DNA of 64,000 nucleotides from Patescibacteria group bacterium (GCA_052033715.1 JBPOJJ010000001.1:1331-65330), one strand, 5' to 3'. Counted from the first letter of the stretch, positions 27,698-37,879 are shown. The notes: generated from the sequence alone by a model not told the origin. Made by a program: numbers and translations.

Positions 27698-28720
27698 TTA
27701 GTCGACCCAGATAGGCTCGCGTTCCAATTTTATACCGAATTTCTCTTCTATAATAGAGACGATTTTTTTCTGGGCCTCCAAAACATCCTCGGCATTAGCG
27801 CCACCCTTGTTTATCAAAACCAATGCATTGTTCTGGTAAGTTCCAACTTTGCCGAAGTCTCCGCCCCTGAGACCCGCAGTTTCTATAAGCCATCCGGCTG
27901 GGATTTTGAAATCTGCTCCTGATTCAAAATATTTTATATTTGTAAATTCGGATTTTAATTTTTCAAAAACATTTCTTGAGACAATTGCATTCTTGAAAAA
28001 TGATCCGACGTTTGGGATTAATCTAGGGTCTGGAAGTTTGTTCGCTCGGATTTCAATAATGACTTGGCGGAGGTCAGAAAGTTTTGGATTTGAAATACTT
28101 TTTTCCGCTAACTTTTCTGCGACACCGGGATAGTTCGGCACGACAACATCTTTGTTTTTGGATAATTTAAAAACGACTTCGAGCACAATAAATTTTCCGA
28201 GAAACTTTTTGAAGATACTGTCGCGATACGAGAATTCGCAATCCGAATTTGATACAGTTTCAAAATCCTCTTTCTCTGTGTCGTAAACTAAGACTGACTC
28301 AATGGTGTTGCCGACCTCTGCACCATACGCGCCGATATTTTGAATTGGCGCGCCACCAACGGTTCCAGGAATTGCCGACAAGGCTTCAATGCCGCCAAAT
28401 CCACGTTCGACACAAAATCCCACAAATTCGTCCCAATTCTCTCCCGCCCCAACAGAAATCAAAACTTGTGAATCGTCTTCGCTCAAAATCTCTCGCCCAA
28501 GAATTTCATTTTTAATTACGAGTAAGTTTAAATCGCTATCCGAAACGATAATGTTCGATCCGCCGCCCAAAATAAAAATTGGCAAGGATTTTTCTTTGGC
28601 AAGCTTAACCAATTCAGAAATTTCTGATTTATTTTTTAGCCTGACAAAAAATTTAGCCTTGCCGCCGACTTTAAAAGTCGTATAATTTTTTAGTTCGATG
28701 TTCTCTAAAATTTCGGCCAT
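27698..28720 (-). CDS. murB: UDP-N-acetylenolpyruvoylglucosamine reductase
   Basis: LGGGSN, IPGTVGGAPIQNIGAYG, YRDSIFK, GSFFKN. Confidence 0.96.
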   Translation of the reverse strand: MAEILENIELKNYTTFKVGGKAKFFVRLKNKSEISELVKLAKEKSLPIFILGGGSNIIVSDSDLNLLVIKNEILGREILSEDDSQVLISVGAGENWDEFVGFCVERGFGGIEALSAIPGTVGGAPIQNIGAYGAEVGNTIESVLVYDTEKEDFETVSNSDCEFSYRDSIFKKFLGKFIVLEVVFKLSKNKDVVVPNYPGVAEKLAEKSISNPKLSDLRQVIIEIRANKLPDPRLIPNVGSFFKNAIVSRNVFEKLKSEFTNIKYFESGADFKIPAGWLIETAGLRGGDFGKVGTYQNNALVLINKGGANAEDVLEAQKKIVSIIEEKFGIKLEREPIWVD

Positions 28721-28721
28721 G

Positions 28722-30041
28722 TTACAAAGCTTCTATATGAGCGCCAATAGATCGGAGTCTCTCAACAATATTTTCGTAGCCGCGATTTATCTGATGCGCG
28801 TTTTGAATCACACTCGTACCGTTGGCAGAAAGCGCGGCAATTAGAAGTGCCATTCCCGCGCGAATATCCGGCGATGCCATCTCAACACCAACCAATGTTC
28901 GATTTCGGTTATTACCGACAACGGTGACTTCCTGATGATGTGACATGACAATTTCTGCACCCATGGTGTTTAAGACGTCGCAGAAGAGAAGTCGTCGATC
29001 AAACATTCGCTGACGGATAGTGACCATGCCTTTGGCATAAACACAAAGCATAATTAAACTACTGATGTGATCTGGCGAAAGTCCCGGCCATTTGTCATCG
29101 TAAATTATTCGGATATTTTTTCCAGCAGTTTTTGGTTTTTGGATTTCATACTCTTTGTGTTCGGGCACAAAAAATCCTTCTTCTCGCTCTTCGATGCAGA
29201 CACCGAGCTTTTTCAAAACGATACTTGTAATTTCGCCAATGTGTTCTCTCTTGGCACCTTCGATAAAAATTCCTTCCCCGCAGACAACTCCAAGCACGAT
29301 CAGGCTCACAATCTCGAGCATGTCGGGAAGTAGCGTATGATTTGCACCATTTAATTTCTCGACTGACTCAATGACGACCAGATTTGTACCCGCGCCGGAA
29401 ATCTTGGCGCCCATGCTGTTGAGCATTTTGCAAAGTTGCTGGATGTAAGTTTCGCAACCAGCGTTATAAATTTCCAGAACGTGTGGAGATTCTTTTTCCA
29501 AAACCGCTGACAAGATGGCGTTGGCGGTTCCAGTAACCGAAGCTTCGCTTAGGGTAATTCTTTTAGAGACAATATTTTTCAAGACGAGTTCCTGGAAGTC
29601 ACCTTTTACTTCGACACCTGCGCCAATGTCCACAAAGGCTTTGACGTGAGCCGTAATTGGGCGAATTCCGATTTTGTCACCACCCGGCTGCTGAATAATA
29701 CTTTTGCCAAATCGTCCGAGCATCGCGCCAGCGACGAGCAGCGATCCACGAAGTTTGGAGAAAAGTTTGGAAAACTCTTCAGTCTTCATTTTCTCGACAT
29801 CGATTCGACTCGCATTCAATTTGTACGAACCATGAGAAAGCTTAGTAACCTCGACTCCCAGAATTTTTAGAATTTCAAAAAGATTCAAGATGTCTAAAAC
29901 TTCTGGAATATTTTCGATCACCACGTCTTCGTCGGTTAGAAGCGCCGCAGCAATAACCTGAAAAGCCTCGTTTTTCGAGCCTTGTGGTCTTATCGAACCC
30001 TTTAATTTTTGCCCTCCGACAATCTTGAAAGTATCGCTCAT
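28722..30041 (-). CDS. murA: UDP-GlcNAc 1-carboxyvinyltransferase (Asp at the active-site Cys position)
   Basis: GSKN, PGGDKIGIRP, SVTGTAN, DIRAG, RGYE. Confidence 0.95.
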   Translation of the reverse strand: MSDTFKIVGGQKLKGSIRPQGSKNEAFQVIAAALLTDEDVVIENIPEVLDILNLFEILKILGVEVTKLSHGSYKLNASRIDVEKMKTEEFSKLFSKLRGSLLVAGAMLGRFGKSIIQQPGGDKIGIRPITAHVKAFVDIGAGVEVKGDFQELVLKNIVSKRITLSEASVTGTANAILSAVLEKESPHVLEIYNAGCETYIQQLCKMLNSMGAKISGAGTNLVVIESVEKLNGANHTLLPDMLEIVSLIVLGVVCGEGIFIEGAKREHIGEITSIVLKKLGVCIEEREEGFFVPEHKEYEIQKPKTAGKNIRIIYDDKWPGLSPDHISSLIMLCVYAKGMVTIRQRMFDRRLLFCDVLNTMGAEIVMSHHQEVTVVGNNRNRTLVGVEMASPDIRAGMALLIAALSANGTSVIQNAHQINRGYENIVERLRSIGAHIEAL

Positions 30042-30100
30042 ATTTACGCATCTATATTACCCTTTTCGCCTCTATTTTCCAATAATGTTAATATTTGATT

Positions 30101-32008
30101 ATGAAACTCGTCGAAGTAAGTCCAATCTCTGGAAAAGTCCAAAAAGATACTTTGACTTATTTTTCGGCCAAAGATATTTCTGTTGGCGACGTTGTCACTA
30201 TCGAAGTCCGAAAATCCAAATACGATGCGCTGGTCGTTGGCATAAGCGATGTCGAAGATTTGAAACAAGAGATCAAAACCGCAACATTTGGTTTCAAAAA
30301 AATTGAGAGCCTGAAAGGCCCCTCAAAATTTTCAAAAGAATTTTTCAAAAGCTGCCAAGAAACCCGCGAATTCTTCGTCGGCAATCTGGGGGCTATTGTA
30401 AACTTTTTCTTACCGACAGAACTTTTGGACAATTATGGAGAGATTGGGAAACCCTGTGCGAGAATAAAAAACGTCGATGGAGAATTTTCGGCGCTTCAGA
30501 AAAAAGAATCAGAAAGAATAGAATTTTATAAAAAATATATTTGTGAAATGTTTGCTAAAAACAAATCTGTCCAAATAATTTTACCGACTGTCTCGAAAGT
30601 CAGAAAGTTCCATGAATTATTGATATCCGATTTCGACCTGCCTGCGCAGTCAGGTAATATTTTTATCTTTCATGGCAAAGGAAAAAACATTCTAGAAAAA
30701 TACAATTCCCTGCTCGCCGAGAAAAATCCAACATTGATTATTTCCACACCGTCATTCCTCTTCATCCCTCGTCATGATTTGGGCGCAATCGTCGTTGAAC
30801 ACGAATCATCGTCTGCTTACCGCACGCTCAAAAAACCTTATTTCGATATCCGGACATTTGCGGTGACGCTTGCGCGCAATCTGAAAACAAATTTGATATT
30901 CGCCGATGAATTTCTTTCGGCCGAAACAATAGCCAAAATTCAAGACAAAAAAACCCTAGATTTTGATTTGGGTGCCAAAGTTCCAAAAATTGTCGACATG
31001 ACGGACAAAGAAAATCTTTACAAAAAAAGTTTTGTCTTCTCGAACGATGCCGTAGAAATTTTGAAAAAAGATTCACGGGTTTTTCTATTCGCTTTACGCA
31101 AAGGCTTGGCCACCCAGGTCGTCTGTCATGATTGTGGACAAATGCTCAAGGACGGCGACGCTCCCCTAGTGCTTTTTGAACGCGACGGCAAAAGGATTTT
31201 GAAAAACGCTTTCACGAGCAAGGTTGTCGAGAGTCTACGCTGCAGCAATTGCGGGAGTTGGAACTTTGATTCGCTCGGTATCGGCACCGACACTGTTGTC
31301 GCCGAGATCAAAAAACTTTTCCCTGCCCGAAATGCTGCACATAACGCTGCAGGCGGGCCGAAGCGAAAAGTTTTGCAAATCGACAAAGAAATAACCAAAA
31401 GCGAAAGCGCGGCCAAAAAAGTCGCCACGGAGTTTTACGAAAATGAAAATGCGATCTTGGTCGGAACCGAAATGGCAATTCCTTATCTCATGGAAAAAAT
31501 AGATTCGTCTATTATTGTGTCGATGGATTCGATTCTCCATATTCCAAGTTACAAATCATACGAGCGCATGTTGCATTTGTCATTCGCCATCGGCAACGCG
31601 ACTAAAGAGAATTTCCTAATCCAAACACGCGACACCGAGAATCCCGTTATGAGTGCGCTGGCCACGAAAAATTTAAAAGATTTTTACAAAAATGAAATCG
31701 TCCGTCGCGAAACCTTTGGTTATCCTCCGTTTATGACGGTCTTGAAACTCACCCACACGTCACGCAAAGATGATTTCGAAAATATCCGCGAGTTGGCAGA
31801 AATCGCTCTGGTCAAATACGAACCGAACACTCGCCGCAAGAAGCTCGGCAAATTCTTCGTCACCACAATCGTCCTGCGACTTCCTCACGACAACTGGAAC
31901 GCCGGGACCCTAAAACAAGGAGTCTCTATCGACAAAAATCTCTATCAAGTCCTCGCCTCTCTGGGACCCGATTGGCAAATCCGCATAAATCCAGAGAATC
32001 TTTTCTAG
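30101..32008 (+). CDS. priA: Degenerate primosomal protein N' (PriA-like)
   Basis: TLTY N-domain, CHDC and CSNC, GIGT, ILVGT, IQT, YPPF; Walker A not recognisable. Confidence 0.8.
   Translation: MKLVEVSPISGKVQKDTLTYFSAKDISVGDVVTIEVRKSKYDALVVGISDVEDLKQEIKTATFGFKKIESLKGPSKFSKEFFKSCQETREFFVGNLGAIVNFFLPTELLDNYGEIGKPCARIKNVDGEFSALQKKESERIEFYKKYICEMFAKNKSVQIILPTVSKVRKFHELLISDFDLPAQSGNIFIFHGKGKNILEKYNSLLAEKNPTLIISTPSFLFIPRHDLGAIVVEHESSSAYRTLKKPYFDIRTFAVTLARNLKTNLIFADEFLSAETIAKIQDKKTLDFDLGAKVPKIVDMTDKENLYKKSFVFSNDAVEILKKDSRVFLFALRKGLATQVVCHDCGQMLKDGDAPLVLFERDGKRILKNAFTSKVVESLRCSNCGSWNFDSLGIGTDTVVAEIKKLFPARNAAHNAAGGPKRKVLQIDKEITKSESAAKKVATEFYENENAILVGTEMAIPYLMEKIDSSIIVSMDSILHIPSYKSYERMLHLSFAIGNATKENFLIQTRDTENPVMSALATKNLKDFYKNEIVRRETFGYPPFMTVLKLTHTSRKDDFENIRELAEIALVKYEPNTRRKKLGKFFVTTIVLRLPHDNWNAGTLKQGVSIDKNLYQVLASLGPDWQIRINPENLF
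30636..30655. repeat. REP-like palindrome inside priA
   Basis: ACCTGCCTGCGCAGTCAGGT, palindrome with one mismatched pair. Confidence 0.55.
31322..31357. repeat. 36-bp in-frame REP-like insertion inside priA
   Basis: CCTGCCCGAAATGCTGCACATAACGCTGCAGGCGGG encodes PARNAAHNAAGG; complementary ends. Confidence 0.6.
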
Positions 32009-32069
32009 TTTGACACATTTCACCTCCAAGAGTATGTTTTAAAACGGAGACACAAAAACACTCCGTACC

Positions 32070-33158
32070 ATGACAACCTTACAAACGAAGGAGACATCCT
32101 TCAAGGATTTGGTGACGAAGGCCGACAGGCTTGAGTTGCCCCCAGTTCAACTCGTTGATCTTTTCGACTACGTTGCACCTCCGAGCAAAGGAGAGCTCGT
32201 CGCGATACTGAACGAAAGAAGCATCGCGGGAAAATGGTCTATATACAACGCCCTTAAAAAGGCCAAAGATGGACGAACGGACCATGAACACTCTTTGGCC
32301 GTGATCCTGTGGCATATTGAAGCTGCTATCGAGGCTGCCCATCTTGCCACAGATGACATCAACGAACTGATCACTCTGGAAAAGGCCTGCGACCGAGGGT
32401 TTGCGGTTCTTCAGAAGATCCAAGAGAAGATCAGATCTGAACACCGCAAGCAAGTGTCGCTCGCCGATTCGGATCGGTTGCTCAAGATCGAATATGAAGC
32501 GCGTGAACGCAAGGATAGCGAGCTTCAAACTCTGGTAAAGCAGGCACTGGAACGGATCGCCAAAGATCGAATCGCCAAGAGCACGCGCGATACTGAACTT
32601 TTGACGATCCTGGGGTGGCCGATCAACAAGGAAACCCTGACAGCTGCACACACAGCTGCGGTGGTTCTCTGTAACGACGAGGTTGGGCTTCGAAGCCTTG
32701 GACTATCCCGAGACCTTGATCGAATCGCCTGGATGCATCCGCTCAGCAAATTGGCTTCGCAGACCGAAAGCGAAGCAACGCTCCGCTCAATCATCGACGA
32801 CCCATTCGACGAAAGTCCGCAGGATAATTACAAGCCTCGGACCAAGGCCATGGAAAAGGTGATGCGGGGCATGGGAAGTGTCAAAGACAAGTACCAAGAA
32901 CTCGAGACCTGGTTCTGGCTAGGCAAGCGAAGCGTTCGTGCGGCTGAACCGAACTGGGTCAGGAGATCTGTCGCTGCCGCCGTGATCCATCTACTCAACC
33001 GAGTCAGGACTGAGCCAGATCCGGAGTTCGTGAGGAGAGTGCTTGAAAAGATCCGTGAAGACCAAGACGAGAGCCCGATCAATCACGGTCACTATCAGGA
33101 AGCGAGGACTATGGCCATCGGCCTCCTCTACGATTGGCTAGAGCCGATTGAAGCCTGA
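32070..33158 (+). CDS. Helical hypothetical protein (orphan cassette F)
   Basis: 362-aa ORF; TTGACA-17-TATGTT at 32010-32038; own terminator. Confidence 0.75.
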   Translation: MTTLQTKETSFKDLVTKADRLELPPVQLVDLFDYVAPPSKGELVAILNERSIAGKWSIYNALKKAKDGRTDHEHSLAVILWHIEAAIEAAHLATDDINELITLEKACDRGFAVLQKIQEKIRSEHRKQVSLADSDRLLKIEYEARERKDSELQTLVKQALERIAKDRIAKSTRDTELLTILGWPINKETLTAAHTAAVVLCNDEVGLRSLGLSRDLDRIAWMHPLSKLASQTESEATLRSIIDDPFDESPQDNYKPRTKAMEKVMRGMGSVKDKYQELETWFWLGKRSVRAAEPNWVRRSVAAAVIHLLNRVRTEPDPEFVRRVLEKIREDQDESPINHGHYQEARTMAIGLLYDWLEPIEA

Positions 33159-33177
33159 GCCCAGCACCTAACGCCGG

Positions 33178-33209
33178 AAGCCGGCGGGTCCTTGACCCGC
33201 CGGCTTTTT
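33178..33209 (+). terminator. Intrinsic terminator of cassette F
   Basis: AAGCCGGCGGGTC-CTT-GACCCGCCGGCTTTTT. Confidence 0.85.
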
Positions 33210-33266
33210 GCTTTCATCGCCATGATATTGCGTATTTTTCGAGCCTGTGTTAAAGTTTCCTAACTT

Positions 33267-33494
33267 ATGGCAAGAACAGTAATCGAAATAAAGAAAAACG
33301 GATCCGAATCGAGCGCCTCAGTTATGCGCCGATTTTCGAAGCGCGTACGCGAGTCTGGTATCATCCGACATGTCAAAGATGGTCGCTATGCCAAGCGCTC
33401 AACTTCAGCTTACGTTATGAAGAAAAATGCTTTGAAAAGAATGGAAAAGAGAAACGAATACGCCAAACTCAAAAAGCTCGGCAAAATCGCTTAA
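33267..33494 (+). CDS. rpsU: 30S ribosomal protein S21
   Basis: ES...MRRFSKRVRESGI, basic, ends KLGK. Confidence 0.8.
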   Translation: MARTVIEIKKNGSESSASVMRRFSKRVRESGIIRHVKDGRYAKRSTSAYVMKKNALKRMEKRNEYAKLKKLGKIA

Positions 33495-33889
33495 TGCAAA
33501 ATCTCGAAGCTAAAAATTTAAATGTATCAATGACGACAAAAGGTGCTCTCCCAAGAGTGCCTTTTGCGCTTCTTAAGTATGAAATCCTCGGTGATAAATA
33601 CGAACTTTCTATTTCTTTCGTCTCTCCCGGCGAAATCAAGAAATTGAGTGTAGCCTACAAAGGCGATGACACGCACAAAAACATTTTGAGTTTTCCTCTA
33701 AGCAATGTATCAGGAGAAATCATCTTGAATCTCGCCGAGGTCAAAAAGGAGGCGCCCCGTTTTGATCGAAATTTCCAAAATCACCTTATTTTTCTAGTTA
33801 TCCACGGCATGCTTCATTTGGCCGGACACACACATGGTAGTAAAATGGAATCTCAGGAAAAACTCTACATGTCAAAATTCACAAAGTAG
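33494..33889 (+). CDS. ybeY: rRNA maturation endoribonuclease YbeY
   Basis: NILSFP, GEI, HGMLHLAGHTH. Confidence 0.92.
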   Translation: MQNLEAKNLNVSMTTKGALPRVPFALLKYEILGDKYELSISFVSPGEIKKLSVAYKGDDTHKNILSFPLSNVSGEIILNLAEVKKEAPRFDRNFQNHLIFLVIHGMLHLAGHTHGSKMESQEKLYMSKFTK

Positions 33890-33906
33890 TTTTTCACTGA
33901 ATTTTT

Positions 33907-35067
33907 ATGGCGAAAAACGTAACCGTCGGAATTGACGTTGGCAGTTCGACGACCAAAGTCATGGTCGTGGAGCACACCAATGACAAGACTGTCAAAAATT
34001 CAAGAATTATCGGCACAGGCATAGCCGATACCCGAGGCCTCAAAAAAGGTTTTGTTTTTGATCAGAAAGAATTGGTCAAGTCCATCGCCTCGGCCGTCCA
34101 CGACGCCGAGATAAGTTCTGGAATCAAAATCCGCCAAGCGACCATTGCTATCGGCGGCACCACACTCGAATCCAAAGTCGCGCGTGGCGGAGCTATCATT
34201 TCTCGAGCCGACAACGAAGTCACCAGACTCGATGTCGAGAAAGCCATCAAAGATGCCGAGCAAAGTTTGAAGAATTTAAATAAACACACAATCGAAACTT
34301 TGCCGGTCATTTACAAACTCGACGGCAAAGAATTTTTTGGTAAAGTCGAAGGCTTGCGCGGCGTGCGATTAGAGATCACCACGCTTTTCATAAATTGCGC
34401 CAATCAACATCTCGAGGATTTAGTCGGCGCCATCAACGCCGCGGGAATCGATGTCGTGGATGTCATTGCTCATCCTGTCGCCGCTGCCAACGTCGCTCTA
34501 GATGATCGCCAGAAAACCGCCGGCTGTATCCTCATAGACATTGGTGATGAAACGACTTCAGTTATCGTCTTTGAAGACGGCAACATTATCTCAGCGCGCG
34601 TATTCCCTATCGGGTCAAACAACATCACCAACGATTTGGCTTTGGGACTGAAAATTTCACTCGATGACGCCGAAGGAATCAAGCTTGGCAAAACCGCAAC
34701 CGATATTCCACAGAGAAAAATCGACGACATCATCAACTCTCGTATCAATGAAATCTTTGACGTTATCCAAAAGTTTCTAAAGAAAATTAATCGCGACGAG
34801 AGACTTCCGGCTGGAGCTGTCATCATCGGAGGTGCAGCCAATGTAAAAGGCATCGAAGAAATTTCTAAAAAGACTCTCGGCCTGCCGTCAAAAATTCATG
34901 GTTTGAAAAATAAAAACGGAATTGATCCAACTTGGTTCGGCGCTTATGGACTCTGCATGTTCGGAAATGACAATCAGAAAGACAATAGCTATCCAAACTT
35001 CTTCTCACAAATAATCCACTCGATCAAAAAATTCGGCAGCGGCATCGGAAAGCAGTTAATGCCGTAA
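33907..35067 (+). CDS. ftsA: Cell division protein FtsA
   Basis: GIDVGSS, GLKKG, DIGDETT, ITNDLA, AEGIK; upstream of ftsZ. Confidence 0.93.
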   Translation: MAKNVTVGIDVGSSTTKVMVVEHTNDKTVKNSRIIGTGIADTRGLKKGFVFDQKELVKSIASAVHDAEISSGIKIRQATIAIGGTTLESKVARGGAIISRADNEVTRLDVEKAIKDAEQSLKNLNKHTIETLPVIYKLDGKEFFGKVEGLRGVRLEITTLFINCANQHLEDLVGAINAAGIDVVDVIAHPVAAANVALDDRQKTAGCILIDIGDETTSVIVFEDGNIISARVFPIGSNNITNDLALGLKISLDDAEGIKLGKTATDIPQRKIDDIINSRINEIFDVIQKFLKKINRDERLPAGAVIIGGAANVKGIEEISKKTLGLPSKIHGLKNKNGIDPTWFGAYGLCMFGNDNQKDNSYPNFFSQIIHSIKKFGSGIGKQLMP

Positions 35068-35187
35068 AATTTCTCTTGAAAAACAACATTTTAGGCTGAT
35101 TTGTCAATCTTTTTCCCTCCTTTGACATTCCCTAGATTCTGGTAATATACTGTCTTACAGGTTACTAAATTTTAAACTAATTTTTAT

Positions 35188-36387
35188 ATGGCCAAACTAA
35201 ATCCAGACATCGAAACTTTCGCACGAATAAAGGTTATTGGCGTTGGCGGATCAGGCAAAAACGCTATCAACCACATGATCGGTTCCAAAGTAAACGGCGT
35301 GGAATTTATCGTTATGAACACCGATGTCCAGGATCTCCACAAATCTCTCGCTGACAAGAAAATCAATCTAGGAAAAAATCTTACCAAAGGCTTGGGCGCC
35401 GGCATGAATCCAGAAGTTGGTAAGCGCGCAGCCGAAGAAACCAAAGCCGAAATCCAAGACGTCATCAAGGGCGCAGACTTGGTCTTTATCGCTTGCGGAA
35501 TGGGTGGCGGAACAGGCACAGGCGCTGCGCCAATCGTTGCTCGCGCTTCCAAAGAGCAAGGCATCCTCACCGTCGCCGTTGTCACACGACCATTTTCTTT
35601 CGAAGGAGCCAATCGTATGCGACTTGCAGAAATGGGAATCAAAGAACTTGAAAAAGAAGTCGACGCCATCGTCATCATCCCGAACGACAGACTTCTCGCA
35701 ATTTCCGACAAAGAAACAACTTTCAAAGACGCCTTCGCAATGTGCGACGAAGTTCTCCGTCAAGCGGTCGAAGGGATTACCGATCTCATCACCACGCCAG
35801 GAATCATCAACGTCGACTTCGCCGACATCCGCGCCATCATGTTTGATGCTGGATCCGCACTTATGGGAATTGGCCGAGCATCAGGCGACAACCGCGCCGA
35901 AGAAGCAGCACTTCGAGCCATCAACTCTCCACTTCTCGAAATCTCAATCAATGGCGCCAAAGGAGTCCTCTTCTCTATCGCTGGTAACGAAGACTTGGGA
36001 ATTCAGGAAGTTCAGACTGCGGCGAAAATTATTACCGAATCAATCGACCCTGATGCCAAAGTCATCTTCGGTACGACTCGCGACGAGAAACTCAAGAAAG
36101 GCGAAATTCGAATTACTGTCATCGCAACAGGCTTCCCAACCGACTCTCCACGTAAATCTCTTTTCCAAACTCAGGCCGACATGACAATCCAAAAAGCAGC
36201 CGAACTTCCAGACAAAGAAAAGAAAGCCAACAAAAAATCAGAAGTCGTAGAAACAATCGATGATGATTTCATTCCGACAAGTCCAAAGAAAGATTCGATT
36301 GAAATAATCGACGACGCGTTCTCAGATGATTCAAAAGAAGACGATGATTGGAGTGCGGTGCCAAGTTTCCTACGAAGAAAGAAGTAG
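35188..36387 (+). CDS. ftsZ: Cell division protein FtsZ
   Basis: GVGGSG, GMGGGTGTG, INVDFAD, C-terminal VPSFLRR. Confidence 0.98.
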   Translation: MAKLNPDIETFARIKVIGVGGSGKNAINHMIGSKVNGVEFIVMNTDVQDLHKSLADKKINLGKNLTKGLGAGMNPEVGKRAAEETKAEIQDVIKGADLVFIACGMGGGTGTGAAPIVARASKEQGILTVAVVTRPFSFEGANRMRLAEMGIKELEKEVDAIVIIPNDRLLAISDKETTFKDAFAMCDEVLRQAVEGITDLITTPGIINVDFADIRAIMFDAGSALMGIGRASGDNRAEEAALRAINSPLLEISINGAKGVLFSIAGNEDLGIQEVQTAAKIITESIDPDAKVIFGTTRDEKLKKGEIRITVIATGFPTDSPRKSLFQTQADMTIQKAAELPDKEKKANKKSEVVETIDDDFIPTSPKKDSIEIIDDAFSDDSKEDDDWSAVPSFLRRKK

Positions 36388-36413
36388 GTATTAGGCTACA
36401 GGCGTTAGGCACT

Positions 36414-36454
36414 AGTAGCAGAAAATCCGTCCAAAAGACGGATTTTCTGCTACT
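36414..36454. terminator. 18-bp-arm hairpin after ftsZ
   Basis: AGTAGCAGAAAATCCGTC-CAAAA-GACGGATTTTCTGCTACT. Confidence 0.75.
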
Positions 36455-36498
36455 CAAAATTTTTAATCGTGGTACTATAAAAACAAACCCTATTCCTC

Positions 36499-36789
36499 AT
36501 GAAGAAGATCAAAGCCTTCCCGCTCGTTGTGATCGCTATCATCATCCTTGTTTTGTGCAACAATGTCGACGAGGGTACCTCTACCGTCAATACGGTATAC
36601 CACGCCCCGCTCCCTATTGCCCCACACCCTTCGAGGCCAAATTTGGCCCACAGACCGAAAGTCGGAGATATGGGCCTCACCTTTGGTTTGACGATCAACA
36701 ATGCATCGTTCGGCGACACAGCATCGACCTCCAGGAAGACGTCGGTCTGGGATGAACTAGACAAGCGGCGAAAGCTGCTACCGAATTGA
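36499..36789 (+). CDS. Small membrane-anchored hypothetical protein (orphan cassette G)
   Basis: N-terminal hydrophobic segment; TGgTACTAT extended -10; leader AAACAAACCCTATTCCTC; terminator 36806-36832. Confidence 0.65.
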   Translation: MKKIKAFPLVVIAIIILVLCNNVDEGTSTVNTVYHAPLPIAPHPSRPNLAHRPKVGDMGLTFGLTINNASFGDTASTSRKTSVWDELDKRRKLLPN

Positions 36790-36840
36790 TCATATGCTCT
36801 TTTTGAGAACCCCGCCCACAAAGCGGGGTTCTTCATTTGT

Positions 36841-36907
36841 CCCACACCCATATTTTTATGGTCGTAGACATTACAGACTTTGTCTGTGATAAAAATATAG
36901 GTGTGGG
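36841..36907. repeat. MITE-like element with CCCACACC terminal inverted repeats (copy 1)
   Basis: CCCACACCCATATTTTTAT ... ATAAAAATATAGGTGTGGG (18/19 match). Confidence 0.65.
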
Positions 36908-36952
36908 GGTTTGTGATATAATCTACAAACTACAAATTTAAAATAAGAATTT

Positions 36953-37879
36953 ATGACATACGATTTGATAATTATTGGTGGCGGACCTGCTGGCGCATCA
37001 GCTGCAGTGTATGCTGCACGCAAACAACTAAAGACTCTGATTATTGCCGAAGAATGGGGTGGACAATCAGTAGTATCTGAGAAAATTTATAACTGGATCG
37101 GCACACCGGAAATTTCTGGCGCAGACCTCGCCAAGAACTTGAAATCACACGTAGACTATTACGTCGGGGAATTTCTACAAACTTCTGGCGGTGAACGTGT
37201 CGAGAAAGTTGAGAAGACGGGAAATTTCTTCGCCGTGAAAACTTCTTCTGGCAATGCCTACGAAACTCGCGCCGTCCTCATCTCCTCTGGATCGGGCCGA
37301 AGAAAACTTGATTCTAAAATTCCTGGCGCTGATACACTCGAACACAAAGGTCTTACTTATTGCGCATCGTGTGACGGACCAATTTTTTCTGGCCAAGATG
37401 TGGCCGTACTAGGTGGCGGAAATGCGGCGCTTGAAACTGCTGCGCAACTTCTCGCTTATTGCAAAAGTGTCACGATCATTCAACGAAGCGGAACTTTCAA
37501 GGCCGATGAAATAACTGTTGAAAAAGTCTTAGCCAATCCAAAAGCCAAAGCCATCATGAATGCCGAAATCACCGCCATCCTTGGTGAGAAATTTGTCACC
37601 GGCTTGAAATACAAAGATGCCGCAGGTGAACATGAAATCCCGGTTACAGGAATTTTCGTCGAGATCGGCCAAATTCCAAATACAAACTTCGCTGAAGGAG
37701 TTGTTGAAATGGACGACTACAAACGCATCAAAACTGATCCACGAACCCAAATGACAAACGTTCCAGGTATCTGGGCTGCTGGAGATTGCGCTGACGTTCT
37801 CTATCACCAGAACAACATTGCCGCCGGCGACGCCGTGCGAGCCCTAGAAGACATCTACATGTGGCTACATAAAAACTAA
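36953..37879 (+). CDS. trxB: Thioredoxin reductase-like flavoprotein
   Basis: GGGPAG, CASCDG, GGGNAA, AAGD. Confidence 0.9.
   Translation: MTYDLIIIGGGPAGASAAVYAARKQLKTLIIAEEWGGQSVVSEKIYNWIGTPEISGADLAKNLKSHVDYYVGEFLQTSGGERVEKVEKTGNFFAVKTSSGNAYETRAVLISSGSGRRKLDSKIPGADTLEHKGLTYCASCDGPIFSGQDVAVLGGGNAALETAAQLLAYCKSVTIIQRSGTFKADEITVEKVLANPKAKAIMNAEITAILGEKFVTGLKYKDAAGEHEIPVTGIFVEIGQIPNTNFAEGVVEMDDYKRIKTDPRTQMTNVPGIWAAGDCADVLYHQNNIAAGDAVRALEDIYMWLHKN

Noticed and set aside
35417-36184. 255-aa ORF overlapping ftsZ
   Set aside because: Alternative frame of ftsZ, Ser/Pro/Lys-rich, no features.
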